Source: an uncultured virus (IMG/VR IMGVR_UViG_3300034120_000663) (taxonomy: Duplodnaviria > Heunggongvirae > Uroviricota > Caudoviricetes). From it: a stretch of DNA of 64,000 nt. The first letter of the stretch is position 1. Each line of letters begins with the position of its first letter. The DNA lies in IMG/VR virus record IMGVR_UViG_3300034120_000663. One strand, given 5' to 3'. Below the pieces are notes generated by a model. It did no database searches. It was not told the origin of the DNA and worked only from the letters and a program-made list of their open reading frames with translations. Positions 17,141-26,797 of the stretch are shown here, piece by piece. Both the position numbers and the translations under genes were made by a program.

Positions 17141-19954
17141 ATGAGCCTCCTGCTTCTGCTCTCCAGCAGTACACCGCAAGACCCTTTTGCACGCAATTTG
17201 GAGGATTGGAGCCTTCGCACTGTAGAGAGTGATTTCAAGCGACGACTAGAAAACGATGTCGCTGAGAACCTTGGTGCTGGTGGGTTCGCTCTTGATGGGC
17301 AATACGGCTCAACGATTGGTGTTGACGCAAACGATCCGCTGCTGCTGACGCACACCGGTACGAACTATCTGTACCTACCAGGCGTAAGCGGCAACTACGC
17401 GTCAGTGCCTGACGCTGCGCCCATCAAGTTGACCGGCGACCTGGAGATCGTGTGGCGAGTTTCAAGCGACGCATGGACTGGAGGAACTTCCCAGACGGTT
17501 GTCGGCAAGTGGAACGACGGGACGAACCAACGTCAGTACATGGTGCGCCACGAGTCTGCATTCGCCAATGTTCGATTCTACTATTCGACCACTGGGGCAA
17601 ACTTTCCCTACTTTGAGAGCAACACAATGCCGTTGGTCAATGGCGTGGCCTACTGGTTCAGGCTCACGTGGCAGGCATCGACCGGAACTGCTGCATTCTT
17701 TTATGCCGCCGACCAACCGAACGAGCCAACCACATGGACTTCGGCAGGAACGCCAGCAGCCGTAGGAGCAACCACCCTGTTCAACGGCACGGCACCATTG
17801 CAAGTTGGTAGCAGCAATGACGGCACCGCTACTCTGCTGGCCGGAAAGGTCTACCGCTCCATCGTCCGTAACGGCGTCGGCGGTACCACCGTGTTCGACG
17901 TTGACTTCACCACAGGTATCACCAGTGGTGATGCACTAACGGTTCCGTACACCGGAACCGCCTCAACTGCTCTTGAGTCCGTTCGGGTTATGTCGAACCT
18001 CGGCACCGGAGGCTCGGTGCTGAATGCCTCTTTGGGTGGCAATCCCACTCAGCCGACTACGAACGATCCGCGACTGTTGACACACACCGGCACGAACTAT
18101 CTGTACTTACCGGGGTTGAGTTTCAACGACGCAACAGCACCCGATCTGGCTGCGTACACACCTTCCACATCATTGGACGCTCGGATTGCTGTGGCGCTGG
18201 ACAGCATCTCTGGAACACAGGCTTTAGTCGGGCACTACACCGTCAGTGCCAACAACCGGTCGTGGTTATTGATGTGGACTACGAACACTCTGACGCTGTA
18301 TCTGTCCGTCGATGGGGTAAACATTACGATCCAAACCTCCCCGACCATTGCCCCCACGATGGTTGCGGGCGCAGTCACGCTGTTACGGGCTACGTGGACA
18401 TCTTCTCCTGCCGAGATCAAATTCTTCCAGAAAGCCACGACCGAGAGTGCGGCAGCAGCCGATTTGGCGGTGGACACAGGCTGGACTCAACTAGGGACAA
18501 CGATCGCGACGGTAAGCGTTCCTTCGACGGCGCTCTTCAACGCGGTCACACCTTTGGTTATCGGATCACAGTCTGGTATCAACAATTTGTCGGGCAGGGT
18601 GTACCGCTCGCAAGTGAGAGTGGATGGATCGACGGCGTTCGACGCCAACTTCACTACAGGCATCACCAGCGGTGGACAGACGACGTTTACTGAGTCGTCT
18701 TCCAACGCTGCGACCGTCACGATCAATCGTCCCACCTCTGGGCGCAAGTCTGTTGCCGTGGTGCGTCCAGTGTGGCTGTTCGGCACTGACGACCATATGG
18801 AAGTTCCTGACAACGATCTGCTTGACTTCAGTGCGTCACAATCTTTCACTGTCTTGGCGGTGGTGCGTCAATGGGCAACGCCGACCAACTTCGGTCGATG
18901 GATCGACAAGAAGGTTTCTGGCGCTGGTCAAGTTGGTTGGAACCTTGTCCCCAACGCCACGGCGTTGCAGGTGGCCTTTGACATTGGCGACGGGACCACG
19001 CAGGTATATGCGGGCGCTCCAGCATTCACCGCTGGAGAGTTCGTTGTAGTGAGCGGAGTAGTTGACCGTGGCGTCAACCAGTCTCGGGTGTACAAGGGCA
19101 CCACCTCTTCCGGTACGCAATCGACAGTCGGCCTAGGTTCGCTCGCCAACTCTCTACCTGTGCGGGTTGGCGGTGCTGGCGGTGGTGGAGGGTCGCAAGA
19201 CTTTGAGTGTTACGCCGTTGCTGTATTCCGCCGTGCCTTGAGCGCTGGTGAAATCTCCACAATCAACGACCACTACCAGGGAACTGTTACTCCAACATCG
19301 ACGGCTCTGCTTAGTGGGGCGACCTTCTGGCTAGATGCGGCCTCGTCGCCAAAGCCTGTTGTTTCGATCAATCGTTCTACATCTGGCCGAAAGACGGTCG
19401 CCGTCACCAGACCTGTCTGGTTGTTCGGCACCGACGACCTCTTGCAAGTGGCTGATAACGCCTTGCTGGACTTCGACAACTCAGACGATTGGACGCTGTT
19501 GGTCGTGAATCGTGTGTGGGCTACACCTTATTCGGGGCAACGCTTCATCGACAAGACCGGACCAGCGGGAGTTGGCGGCTACCTGTTGCGTGCTGCTGGC
19601 GTTCCGGTTGGGTTTGGCGGAGCGTTGGAGTTCAGCGATGGCACTACGTCAGTTACTTACTTTCAGTTGAACAATCGACGGGCGGGAGTGCTGGATGTGT
19701 TGTTTGCGAGGAGGCGGAGCAGCACATCCCAAGTAGATGTCGGACGCATCCTGAATGGGACATTAGACTTGAACACCGGCAGCACATCGACGGTGACTGG
19801 ATCACTAGCAAACTCAGCACCGTTCCGTATTGGAACCAATCAGTCAGCCGGTCAGGGCAATGACTTTGAGTGTTTTGCCGTCGTTGCATTCCGGCGTCGT
19901 CTCTCTGATGCAGAGTTGCTTAGCATCGCCTCTTACTACGGAGTAACCGGATGA
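17141..19954 (+). CDS. LamG/concanavalin-A-like repeat virion protein
   Basis: 937 aa; duplicated NDP.LLTHTGTNYLYLPG and INR.TSGRK.VAV.RPVWLFGTDD; DFEC.AV..FRR.LS..E. Confidence 0.75.
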   Translation: MSLLLLLSSSTPQDPFARNLEDWSLRTVESDFKRRLENDVAENLGAGGFALDGQYGSTIGVDANDPLLLTHTGTNYLYLPGVSGNYASVPDAAPIKLTGDLEIVWRVSSDAWTGGTSQTVVGKWNDGTNQRQYMVRHESAFANVRFYYSTTGANFPYFESNTMPLVNGVAYWFRLTWQASTGTAAFFYAADQPNEPTTWTSAGTPAAVGATTLFNGTAPLQVGSSNDGTATLLAGKVYRSIVRNGVGGTTVFDVDFTTGITSGDALTVPYTGTASTALESVRVMSNLGTGGSVLNASLGGNPTQPTTNDPRLLTHTGTNYLYLPGLSFNDATAPDLAAYTPSTSLDARIAVALDSISGTQALVGHYTVSANNRSWLLMWTTNTLTLYLSVDGVNITIQTSPTIAPTMVAGAVTLLRATWTSSPAEIKFFQKATTESAAAADLAVDTGWTQLGTTIATVSVPSTALFNAVTPLVIGSQSGINNLSGRVYRSQVRVDGSTAFDANFTTGITSGGQTTFTESSSNAATVTINRPTSGRKSVAVVRPVWLFGTDDHMEVPDNDLLDFSASQSFTVLAVVRQWATPTNFGRWIDKKVSGAGQVGWNLVPNATALQVAFDIGDGTTQVYAGAPAFTAGEFVVVSGVVDRGVNQSRVYKGTTSSGTQSTVGLGSLANSLPVRVGGAGGGGGSQDFECYAVAVFRRALSAGEISTINDHYQGTVTPTSTALLSGATFWLDAASSPKPVVSINRSTSGRKTVAVTRPVWLFGTDDLLQVADNALLDFDNSDDWTLLVVNRVWATPYSGQRFIDKTGPAGVGGYLLRAAGVPVGFGGALEFSDGTTSVTYFQLNNRRAGVLDVLFARRRSSTSQVDVGRILNGTLDLNTGSTSTVTGSLANSAPFRIGTNQSAGQGNDFECFAVVAFRRRLSDAELLSIASYYGVTG

Positions 19955-21081
19955 GCATTACTCTTCTCCGTGAAGCGACTCTGTGGCTGTCTGCCGATCC
20001 CACCGTAACCTCTGGCTCCACCATTGCCGCCGCTTCCCCGGTAGCAGCGGCTGGTGTCGCCACCGTTTCAGCGGCAGGTTCAACAGGTGGTTCAATCGCA
20101 AGCGCCTCTCCCACTGCGGCAGCAGGTGTTGCGTCCGTTTCAGCGACGGCTGGGGCTAGGACTGCCGCCTCAGCAACAGCGGCAGCAGGTACCGCGACTG
20201 TTTCAGCAGTCGGTGCAACAGCCACTGCCGGGTCTTCTTCCCCAATACCAGCAGCCGGTGCAGCCACAGTCACCGCTACGTTCGCTGCCACCTCAGCAAC
20301 GGCCCTCAGTCCATCCAATGGGGCGGCGACTGTTTCAGTAACCGCTGCTGCCCGATCAGCAACATCTGCTACCCCAGCAGCAGGTGTCGCCGCCGTATCT
20401 TCTACCTTTGCTGCTACGGCTGCGGCTACTACCACTCCAGCAGCAGGTGTCGCCACCGTTTCAGCGGCAGGCGCAATTGGTGGGACGGTCGTAGCCGCAT
20501 CTCCTGTAGCGGCGTCTGGTACTGCAACCGTTTCCGGTAGTTCGGCAACCTTAGGCAGTGCCACCCCTACTCCAGCCGCTGGTACTGCAACCGTAAGTGG
20601 CGTATTTGCCGTAGTAAGCGCAGCGTCAGGAACATCAAATGGTTTGGCTGTCGCCAGCGCTATTGGTGCGTCTAGGTTCGCTAGTTCTGCTATTGCAGCA
20701 ACCGGGTCGGCCACTGTATCAAGGCAAATAACTGCCATTGTTCAGGTACCCCTTATCCCAGCAGCAGGTACCGCAGTTGTATCTGGTGTTAGTGAGTTTG
20801 GGTCGAAGATAGTACCAGCAAGCGGTTTAGCGGTAGTATTTGCAGTCGGAGCGGTAGGCAGACCCTCGGTATGGGCTGGTGGAGTTAACGTTGTTAAGCA
20901 AGACAACGCTAACAACGTAGTTGTGCTAGGTATTCAGAAGAAGACCACCGTGGTAACGTCTAGGGACACAACAGTTGTGGTGACTGGCGAAAATCAAACT
21001 ACTACGGTACCGGCGTCTGACCCGTCTACTAACTACGTCGTTACTCAGGACGGCTCCAAGCGTGTTAAAGTATCACGATAG
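19951..21081 (+). CDS. Ala/Thr/Ser-rich repeat structural protein
   Basis: More than 10 copies of a (P)AAG.ATVS-type repeat. Confidence 0.7.
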   Translation: MSITLLREATLWLSADPTVTSGSTIAAASPVAAAGVATVSAAGSTGGSIASASPTAAAGVASVSATAGARTAASATAAAGTATVSAVGATATAGSSSPIPAAGAATVTATFAATSATALSPSNGAATVSVTAAARSATSATPAAGVAAVSSTFAATAAATTTPAAGVATVSAAGAIGGTVVAASPVAASGTATVSGSSATLGSATPTPAAGTATVSGVFAVVSAASGTSNGLAVASAIGASRFASSAIAATGSATVSRQITAIVQVPLIPAAGTAVVSGVSEFGSKIVPASGLAVVFAVGAVGRPSVWAGGVNVVKQDNANNVVVLGIQKKTTVVTSRDTTVVVTGENQTTTVPASDPSTNYVVTQDGSKRVKVSR

Positions 21082-21090
21082 AGGTTCATT

Positions 21091-21255
21091 ATGACTAGAT
21101 CAGTAGACATGATCAGCGTGCCGAGTACAGGTGCTACTGAAGAGCATGTAACCCCTGTGCTGGGCCAGACTGTTCACCGTATGCGCGATTCTCAGCCAGC
21201 GATAAACCAGCCACGTCAAGCAGGTAACCCCGATAATGGTTCCGGCAACGTATAA
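21091..21255 (+). CDS. Small hypothetical protein (not in ORF track)
   Basis: 54-codon open frame after GAGG, MTRSVDMISVPSTG... Confidence 0.4.
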   Translation: MTRSVDMISVPSTGATEEHVTPVLGQTVHRMRDSQPAINQPRQAGNPDNGSGNV

Positions 21256-21296
21256 CATGTGCTATCCTGTGCCTTGCGTGCTACGGGAGGTACCTT

Positions 21297-21563
21297 GTGT
21301 CACAACCGTCATTAGACAAGTACTTTGAGGGGTTGGTATCCAAACCAACTTCCTGCTTGATCTCACGTCTTGAAAAAACGCTGGACGAGCAGAACCTAGA
21401 GAAACTCCAAGGCTGGTTAGCGTCTGATGAGCACTCATCTACGATTACTCGGGCGTTAAAGGTGTTTCTCAGCGATATTGGGTCTGATGAATCCGTTGCT
21501 GCTAATGCAGTCAGCAACCACCGCATTGGTCGGTGTTCCTGCCCCAAGAATAAGGCCGTATGA
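21297..21563 (+). CDS. Hypothetical protein, possibly zinc-binding
   Basis: GGGAGG RBS; NHRIGRCSC. Confidence 0.65.
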   Translation: MSQPSLDKYFEGLVSKPTSCLISRLEKTLDEQNLEKLQGWLASDEHSSTITRALKVFLSDIGSDESVAANAVSNHRIGRCSCPKNKAV

Positions 21564-22723
21564 ACTTCGACGACGCCATGCATGAAGCGTCGACAAGTAC
21601 CAAGCGAGGGAAGAGCAGCACACTTGGCAAGTTGGCCGAGTTGCTTGATCGCTCTGGTATTGACCTTGACGATGTTGCCCGTGTGACAAAGATTCGTGCT
21701 TGGCAGAACTTCTTCAAAGATGATCAGGGCGAAGCGCAAACAGTTGATCTGCATGGGATTGAACTGGTTCCAAGTTGGGCCGATGGCCCAGAGTGGCCTG
21801 TCGTACAGCAGTCCAAGCCGGTAATCGCCAAGCCACGACCTGCTCCCAAAACGGCTAAGAGCACACAGACTGTCTTCATCGCTCCCGATCCGCAAATCGG
21901 GTACCGAAGGTATGAAGACGGTACGTACGACCCGTTCCAAGACGAACGGGCTATTGCCGTGTCTTTGCAGATGATCCGTGATGCTAAGCCCAATAGGATC
22001 ATCAACCTTGGTGATACTTGCGATTTCCCCGAGTGGTCAGACAAGTTCATCGTCACGCCTGAGTTTGCATTTACTACCCAGAAGACTCTGGACCGCGTAC
22101 ATCTGTACGTCGCTGAGCAAGCAACAGAGGCACCAGAAGGGTGTGACATCGAACTTATTGAGGGCAACCACGATAAGAGACTGATGAACGCCATTACGAA
22201 GAATGCCAAGTCAGCACTTCGTATTCGGCAGGCAAATATCCCCGACAGTTGGCCTGTTCTTTCCCTTCAGCACCTGCTGAGGATTGATGAGACTCCCAAC
22301 GTCACATACCACGATGGCTACCCGGCTGGGCGGATAAAGATCGCCCAGGGAGGCAATGAGCAGACTCCTCTGTACGCCATCCACGGTGAGAAGTTGACAG
22401 TATCTGCGGTGGCTAAGGGCGAGCGCCAGTCGTACGTGCAGGGGCACATCCACCGCATTCAAGACCACTACGAAACGTTTGAGATCAACGACGAGCGAGT
22501 CACCGTCAACGCTTGGTCCCCTGGGTGCCTATCTCGTGTTGATGGCGCTGTTCCTTCGGTAAAGGGATCAAGTAACAGCAAAGGGTTGCCTATGCGACGC
22601 TATGAGAACTGGCAGCAGGGCGTTGGCGTAGTGACCATCATGCCTGACGGTACGTGGTCTAAAGAGATTGTCGAAATCCGAAACGGGAGGGCTGTATGGC
22701 GAGGAAACGAGTACGTAGCCTAA
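21560..22723 (+). CDS. Calcineurin-like metallophosphoesterase
   Basis: PDPQ, NLGDTCD, EGNHD, HG, GHIH. Confidence 0.85.
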   Translation: MNFDDAMHEASTSTKRGKSSTLGKLAELLDRSGIDLDDVARVTKIRAWQNFFKDDQGEAQTVDLHGIELVPSWADGPEWPVVQQSKPVIAKPRPAPKTAKSTQTVFIAPDPQIGYRRYEDGTYDPFQDERAIAVSLQMIRDAKPNRIINLGDTCDFPEWSDKFIVTPEFAFTTQKTLDRVHLYVAEQATEAPEGCDIELIEGNHDKRLMNAITKNAKSALRIRQANIPDSWPVLSLQHLLRIDETPNVTYHDGYPAGRIKIAQGGNEQTPLYAIHGEKLTVSAVAKGERQSYVQGHIHRIQDHYETFEINDERVTVNAWSPGCLSRVDGAVPSVKGSSNSKGLPMRRYENWQQGVGVVTIMPDGTWSKEIVEIRNGRAVWRGNEYVA

Positions 22724-22728
22724 GGCCA

Positions 22729-23058
22729 ATGGTTAGGGTTAGGTGGAAAGACGCCCACTCGGATAGGTCTGGTGGGTGGGTTCTCCCAGGGAACCGAGAC
22801 AAAGACCCGTGGGTCAACACTTCCGTGGGGTTTCTCGTAGATCCTAAGCCTGGTCATATCAGCATCTGCCTTAACATGACCGAGGATGAGCAGGAAGACA
22901 GTCATCTTCATGTGCTTGAACAAATGGTTATTGATGTAGAATACCTAGTACCAGCGACTGAGATAAAGATGGTTATAGACAGTAAGAAGGGGCCGTCCCC
23001 AGAACTACTGTATGACCTTATCTCTAGGTACTCGCAGCACCTAAACAACAAGGAGTAG
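22729..23058 (+). CDS. Hypothetical protein
   Basis: VRVRWKDAH...SVGFLV pattern. Confidence 0.6.
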   Translation: MVRVRWKDAHSDRSGGWVLPGNRDKDPWVNTSVGFLVDPKPGHISICLNMTEDEQEDSHLHVLEQMVIDVEYLVPATEIKMVIDSKKGPSPELLYDLISRYSQHLNNKE

Positions 23059-23060
23059 AA

Positions 23061-23198
23061 ATGCAGTCAGAGCAGGTCGATGTTCAGTTAGTGATCAACG
23101 AACTACTGCGTAAGGTAGCGGACCTTACGTACGAGGTGGCTTTGCTGCGTGCACAGCACGCCAGTGGCCAGGCGACTAAGGAATCATCCAATGGATAA
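23061..23198 (+). CDS. Small coiled-coil protein (not in ORF track)
   Basis: AAGGAG RBS; MQSEQVDVQLVINELLRKVADLTYEVALLRAQ. Confidence 0.6.
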   Translation: MQSEQVDVQLVINELLRKVADLTYEVALLRAQHASGQATKESSNG

Positions 23199-23721
23199 TC
23201 CTCGTAGAAGGGGCGGGCTAGGCCGCTCATTCCGAGAGATTGAGCAGGCTTTAGCGGAGAACGTTGCCAAGCGCAGCGACTCCAGCATGTACACCAACCC
23301 ACGGGTAGAAGTAGACCAGAGCGGAAACAAGCGCCTTGAGTCACCCTCTGGGCTAAATGTGCTGTTCGCATCTGGGTCTGACTTTGCTCCGTATGAGGTG
23401 TCCGAGGCGTCTGAGTACTACCAGGGTCCAACGGCAAGTACTCGCGTATCCGCCCATCAGTTCATCCCAGACACAATGGGGTCAGACGCTCAAACTACCC
23501 GTGGGTACATCTACGTACGGTTCCAGCGCCCAGTAAAAGGACCGGCCTCCACCACTGCGCTCGTGTCTCCACAGGGCTATTGGAAGTACGGACCATGTTC
23601 CTTATCTGATTACAGAACCTTTAGAGAGAGTTACTCTAAAGGTAGAGCGGTTCAGGCACTGGAAGCGTTTGGCCATTCTGGTGTAGATGCTTCAAATCTA
23701 CCATCAGATATTGGCATTTGA
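23191..23721 (+). CDS. KTSC-like domain protein
   Basis: STRV...IYVRF...YWKY....DYRTF..S.SKGR. Confidence 0.55.
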   Translation: MDNPRRRGGLGRSFREIEQALAENVAKRSDSSMYTNPRVEVDQSGNKRLESPSGLNVLFASGSDFAPYEVSEASEYYQGPTASTRVSAHQFIPDTMGSDAQTTRGYIYVRFQRPVKGPASTTALVSPQGYWKYGPCSLSDYRTFRESYSKGRAVQALEAFGHSGVDASNLPSDIGI

Positions 23722-24131
23722 TGCTGTCCGTAGCAATTATGGTTATATGGTTACTGTGTTTATTAGTATCCGTATGCTCATTGGTACTATTAGAATTCCC
23801 TGCGTTTTTAGTCCCTCTACTTATATCGATCGTATACTCATGGTTTGTGTTTAAAGACACACTCAATAAGTTGCAGGTTGCGGGAAGTGTGTACTGGATC
23901 GTCAGAGACGTTCCAACAAGGGGAGTACCGTTTGTGTGTAGGGGAACTATGCGTGAAACAGACGATCCTTGGAGAAGAGGATCTGGTATTCAGGTACGTC
24001 TACCTGGACGTGTTGTACAAGTAGGGGTATGTGACAATGGGTCAGTATTGGACGAGATCGATGGTCTTGTCACCGTCCTAGACGCACGTATGCTGGACGA
24101 TCCAGCAACAACAATCAGGGACTGGAGATGA
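23718..24131 (+). CDS. Hypothetical protein with hydrophobic N-terminus
   Basis: Overlaps both neighbours; start uncertain. Confidence 0.55.
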   Translation: MMLSVAIMVIWLLCLLVSVCSLVLLEFPAFLVPLLISIVYSWFVFKDTLNKLQVAGSVYWIVRDVPTRGVPFVCRGTMRETDDPWRRGSGIQVRLPGRVVQVGVCDNGSVLDEIDGLVTVLDARMLDDPATTIRDWR

Positions 24132-24355
24132 CCATGCCCTTCTTTCGCAAGAAGCCAACTAAGAAAGTAAGAGTTTCTCGTATCCAAAAGATGTCAACCC
24201 CCGATCTGATCAGTTGGGCTGACGTAGTCATCATGCACCTCGGTAGATCATTTGATCAATGGAGGTACAAAGAGGGTGACATTGAAGAGGTGCGCTCTCA
24301 CGTGACTGCACTTACAGATATCTTGGCGGAAATTGAGGACCGAGCAAATGGTTGA
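24128..24355 (+). CDS. Hypothetical protein
   Basis: ATGA-coupled, directly upstream of the terminase. Confidence 0.65.
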   Translation: MTMPFFRKKPTKKVRVSRIQKMSTPDLISWADVVIMHLGRSFDQWRYKEGDIEEVRSHVTALTDILAEIEDRANG

Positions 24356-25898
24356 CGTTCTCGCAGAGTTACCTGACGAGCAGTACGAGGAACTAGACGA
24401 AACGTCTGCCGAGTTCCTTGACTCCCTGGTCAAGCGCCTCCTCATATTCACAGAGGAGTTCTGTGACGTAGAACTGTTTCCGTACCAGATACCAATCGCT
24501 TACCGCTACATTGAGTCACTCATTATTGGTGACGGTGAAGAGTTCACTCTTATCGCCTGCCGTCAGTCAGGTAAGTCGGAAGTGTTGTCGAACGTCATTG
24601 CGGCGATGATGGTCATTCTCCCTAAGTTGGCACCTATCTATCCAACTTGGTTGTCCAAGTTCTCCAAAGGTCTATTCGTCGGCGTGTTTGCTCCTGTAGA
24701 GGATCAAGCAGAGACCATCTTCGGTCGTGTTGTTTCTAAGTTGACCAGCGAGCATGCACTGGACTTCCTGCTTGACCCAGAACTGGACGACAAGGCGGCT
24801 TCCGGTGGTGCCCGTGGTAAGGGCAAGATCATCACGCTCAAGAAGAGCGGGTCTCATTGCCGCATGACCACGTGTAACCCAAAGGCCAAGATTGAGTCGA
24901 AGACGTACCACCTGGCCCTAGTAGACGAAGCACAGGGTGCAGACAGCACCATGATCACTAAGAGCATCAAGCCGATGTTGGCGTTCAACAACGGAACTCT
25001 CGTGCTGTCCGGTACAGCCACGCGAGAGAAGTGCTACTTCTATAACATGATCCAGTACAACAAGCGGCGTGACATCAACGGTAAGCGTGGGCATCGTCAA
25101 AGTCACTTTGAATACGACTACAAGGTCGCAAGCAAGTACAACCCAAACTACGCCAAGTTCATCGCGAAAGAGAAACTGCGGCTAGGCGAGGACTCCGATG
25201 AGTTCCGCATGTCCTACAAGAACGAGTGGATTCTTGAGAAAGGCATGTTCGTTACAGAAGACCGCCTTAATTCGCTCTACGACGAATCGATGTCGTTCGT
25301 TCGTCAGTGGTGGAAGACGCCTATCGTTGCAGGCATCGACGTAGCGAGAAGTAACGACTCAACCGTTGTCTGCGCCGTGTGGGTCGACTGGGACCACCCA
25401 GATGGTCTTGGGTTCTACGAGCACCGTGTGCTGAACTGGTTGGAAATCAATAACGTTGAATGGGAGCAACAGTACTTCCAGATAGTTGACTTCTTACGCA
25501 ATTACGACGTACTGCGGGTAGGGGTCGACTCTCAGGGCGTGGGCGGTGCTGTAGCGGAACGATTGGCCCTACTGCTCCCGCACATTGAGGTAACCCCCAT
25601 CTCGTCTGACTCAAAGGCACAGAACGACCGATGGGTGCACCTCACTGAACTGATTCAGCGAGAACAGATTCTGTTTCCTGGTCATAGTAAGGCAAAGCGC
25701 ACCAAGGCTTGGAAGAAGTTCCACCAGCAGATGTCAGACCTAGAGAAGGTCTACCGTGGAAAGTACATGCTGGCTGCTGCTCCCAACGAGCGCAACGCCT
25801 ATGACGACTTCCCAGACGCTCTTGCCATCGCCTGCTCTATGACCCAGTACGACACTATGCCAACGGTTCAAGTGTTTGAATCACCCTTTTACAGATAG
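24348..25898 (+). CDS. terL: Terminase large subunit
   Basis: CRQSGKS Walker A, LVDEAQ Walker B, GIDVA and DDFPDA nuclease motifs. Confidence 0.92.
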   Translation: MVDVLAELPDEQYEELDETSAEFLDSLVKRLLIFTEEFCDVELFPYQIPIAYRYIESLIIGDGEEFTLIACRQSGKSEVLSNVIAAMMVILPKLAPIYPTWLSKFSKGLFVGVFAPVEDQAETIFGRVVSKLTSEHALDFLLDPELDDKAASGGARGKGKIITLKKSGSHCRMTTCNPKAKIESKTYHLALVDEAQGADSTMITKSIKPMLAFNNGTLVLSGTATREKCYFYNMIQYNKRRDINGKRGHRQSHFEYDYKVASKYNPNYAKFIAKEKLRLGEDSDEFRMSYKNEWILEKGMFVTEDRLNSLYDESMSFVRQWWKTPIVAGIDVARSNDSTVVCAVWVDWDHPDGLGFYEHRVLNWLEINNVEWEQQYFQIVDFLRNYDVLRVGVDSQGVGGAVAERLALLLPHIEVTPISSDSKAQNDRWVHLTELIQREQILFPGHSKAKRTKAWKKFHQQMSDLEKVYRGKYMLAAAPNERNAYDDFPDALAIACSMTQYDTMPTVQVFESPFYR

Positions 25899-25972
25899 GG
25901 TATGGCAGTACCAAATTGGTACTGTTATTATTCATACCAAGACACCATCTCTCTCCGAAGGAGAATCCCGTC

Positions 25973-26389
25973 GTGATGAACCCCACCGTAGCACCAGCCC
26001 CCATGTTCCCTGAGCGGGATCGCATGGCCAATCGGTATGAGCGCGCACTTGCTCCCTCAATTCCTGGTAACCGTGGCCCACTTCGCTTTGAAGAAGGCGT
26101 AGCAACCGACACCGACGTTCCTAACGACTTCGGTCGTGGTGCGTACTTCGACACTGCCCCCGCAATGGGCCGCATGAACACCCCTAACCCAGAGGCAGTC
26201 TTCAAGCGTGCCGAGGAGACGATGCGTGAGCGTGCCCACGTTGGGTCGGCTGCTTGGGTTGAAGCCCCTGAGGTTCTCGGTGAGTTCGTGCAGGGGTCGA
26301 TGGCCGGTGACTACATGCCTACCTTTGAGTACTCATACAACTCAGGTGGGATTATGAAGCGCCCCAACCCAACTGTCGTATACGACTGA
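25973..26389 (+). CDS. Conserved phage head-region protein
   Basis: AAGGAG RBS; RGPLRFEEGVATDTDVPNDF. Confidence 0.7.
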   Translation: MMNPTVAPAPMFPERDRMANRYERALAPSIPGNRGPLRFEEGVATDTDVPNDFGRGAYFDTAPAMGRMNTPNPEAVFKRAEETMRERAHVGSAAWVEAPEVLGEFVQGSMAGDYMPTFEYSYNSGGIMKRPNPTVVYD

Positions 26390-26437
26390 TTCGTACACCA
26401 TCTCGTGGATGAGTCGTCGTCCCCACCGGTACTAACG

Positions 26438-26797
26438 ATGGCAAAGGACACAGCACAGGTGTCCTTTGCTGACGTTGCGTCGTCGTTTCGACGCATGCGA
26501 ACTGATGAGTTCAATAGCGGTCACGGGCGTCAAGACATGATCGACATCTCTGTCCCCAGTGCGTACGTATCCACTCCACGTGAAATGGTGTCTCAGCCCA
26601 AGGCAATGGAAGGCATGGGGGAGTTTGTAGTTGATCCCATGCAGAACCTCATTCCAGAGGGATTGCCGCTAGAGGGTCGTTCACGTAGTGACTACGCTGC
26701 AAGTACTAGCGTCACCAGTGACCCCCTATCAACATCTCGTCTCCGCTCTCGTGGAGTAGCCGTATACAACAAAGAGGCACGTAGTGGCAAAGCGTAA
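26438..26797 (+). CDS. Hypothetical protein
   Basis: Open frame in the operon; start uncertain. Confidence 0.5.
   Translation: MAKDTAQVSFADVASSFRRMRTDEFNSGHGRQDMIDISVPSAYVSTPREMVSQPKAMEGMGEFVVDPMQNLIPEGLPLEGRSRSDYAASTSVTSDPLSTSRLRSRGVAVYNKEARSGKA

Noticed and set aside
17141..19954. Diversity-generating retroelement template/variable repeat pair
   Set aside because: Differences between the internal repeats are not adenine-specific, and no reverse transcriptase is visible in the window.
14347..20738. Long antisense or alternate-frame ORFs (14904-15737, 16040-16585, 19920-20738)
   Set aside because: Expected shadows of GC-rich, Gly/Ala/Thr-rich + strand genes.
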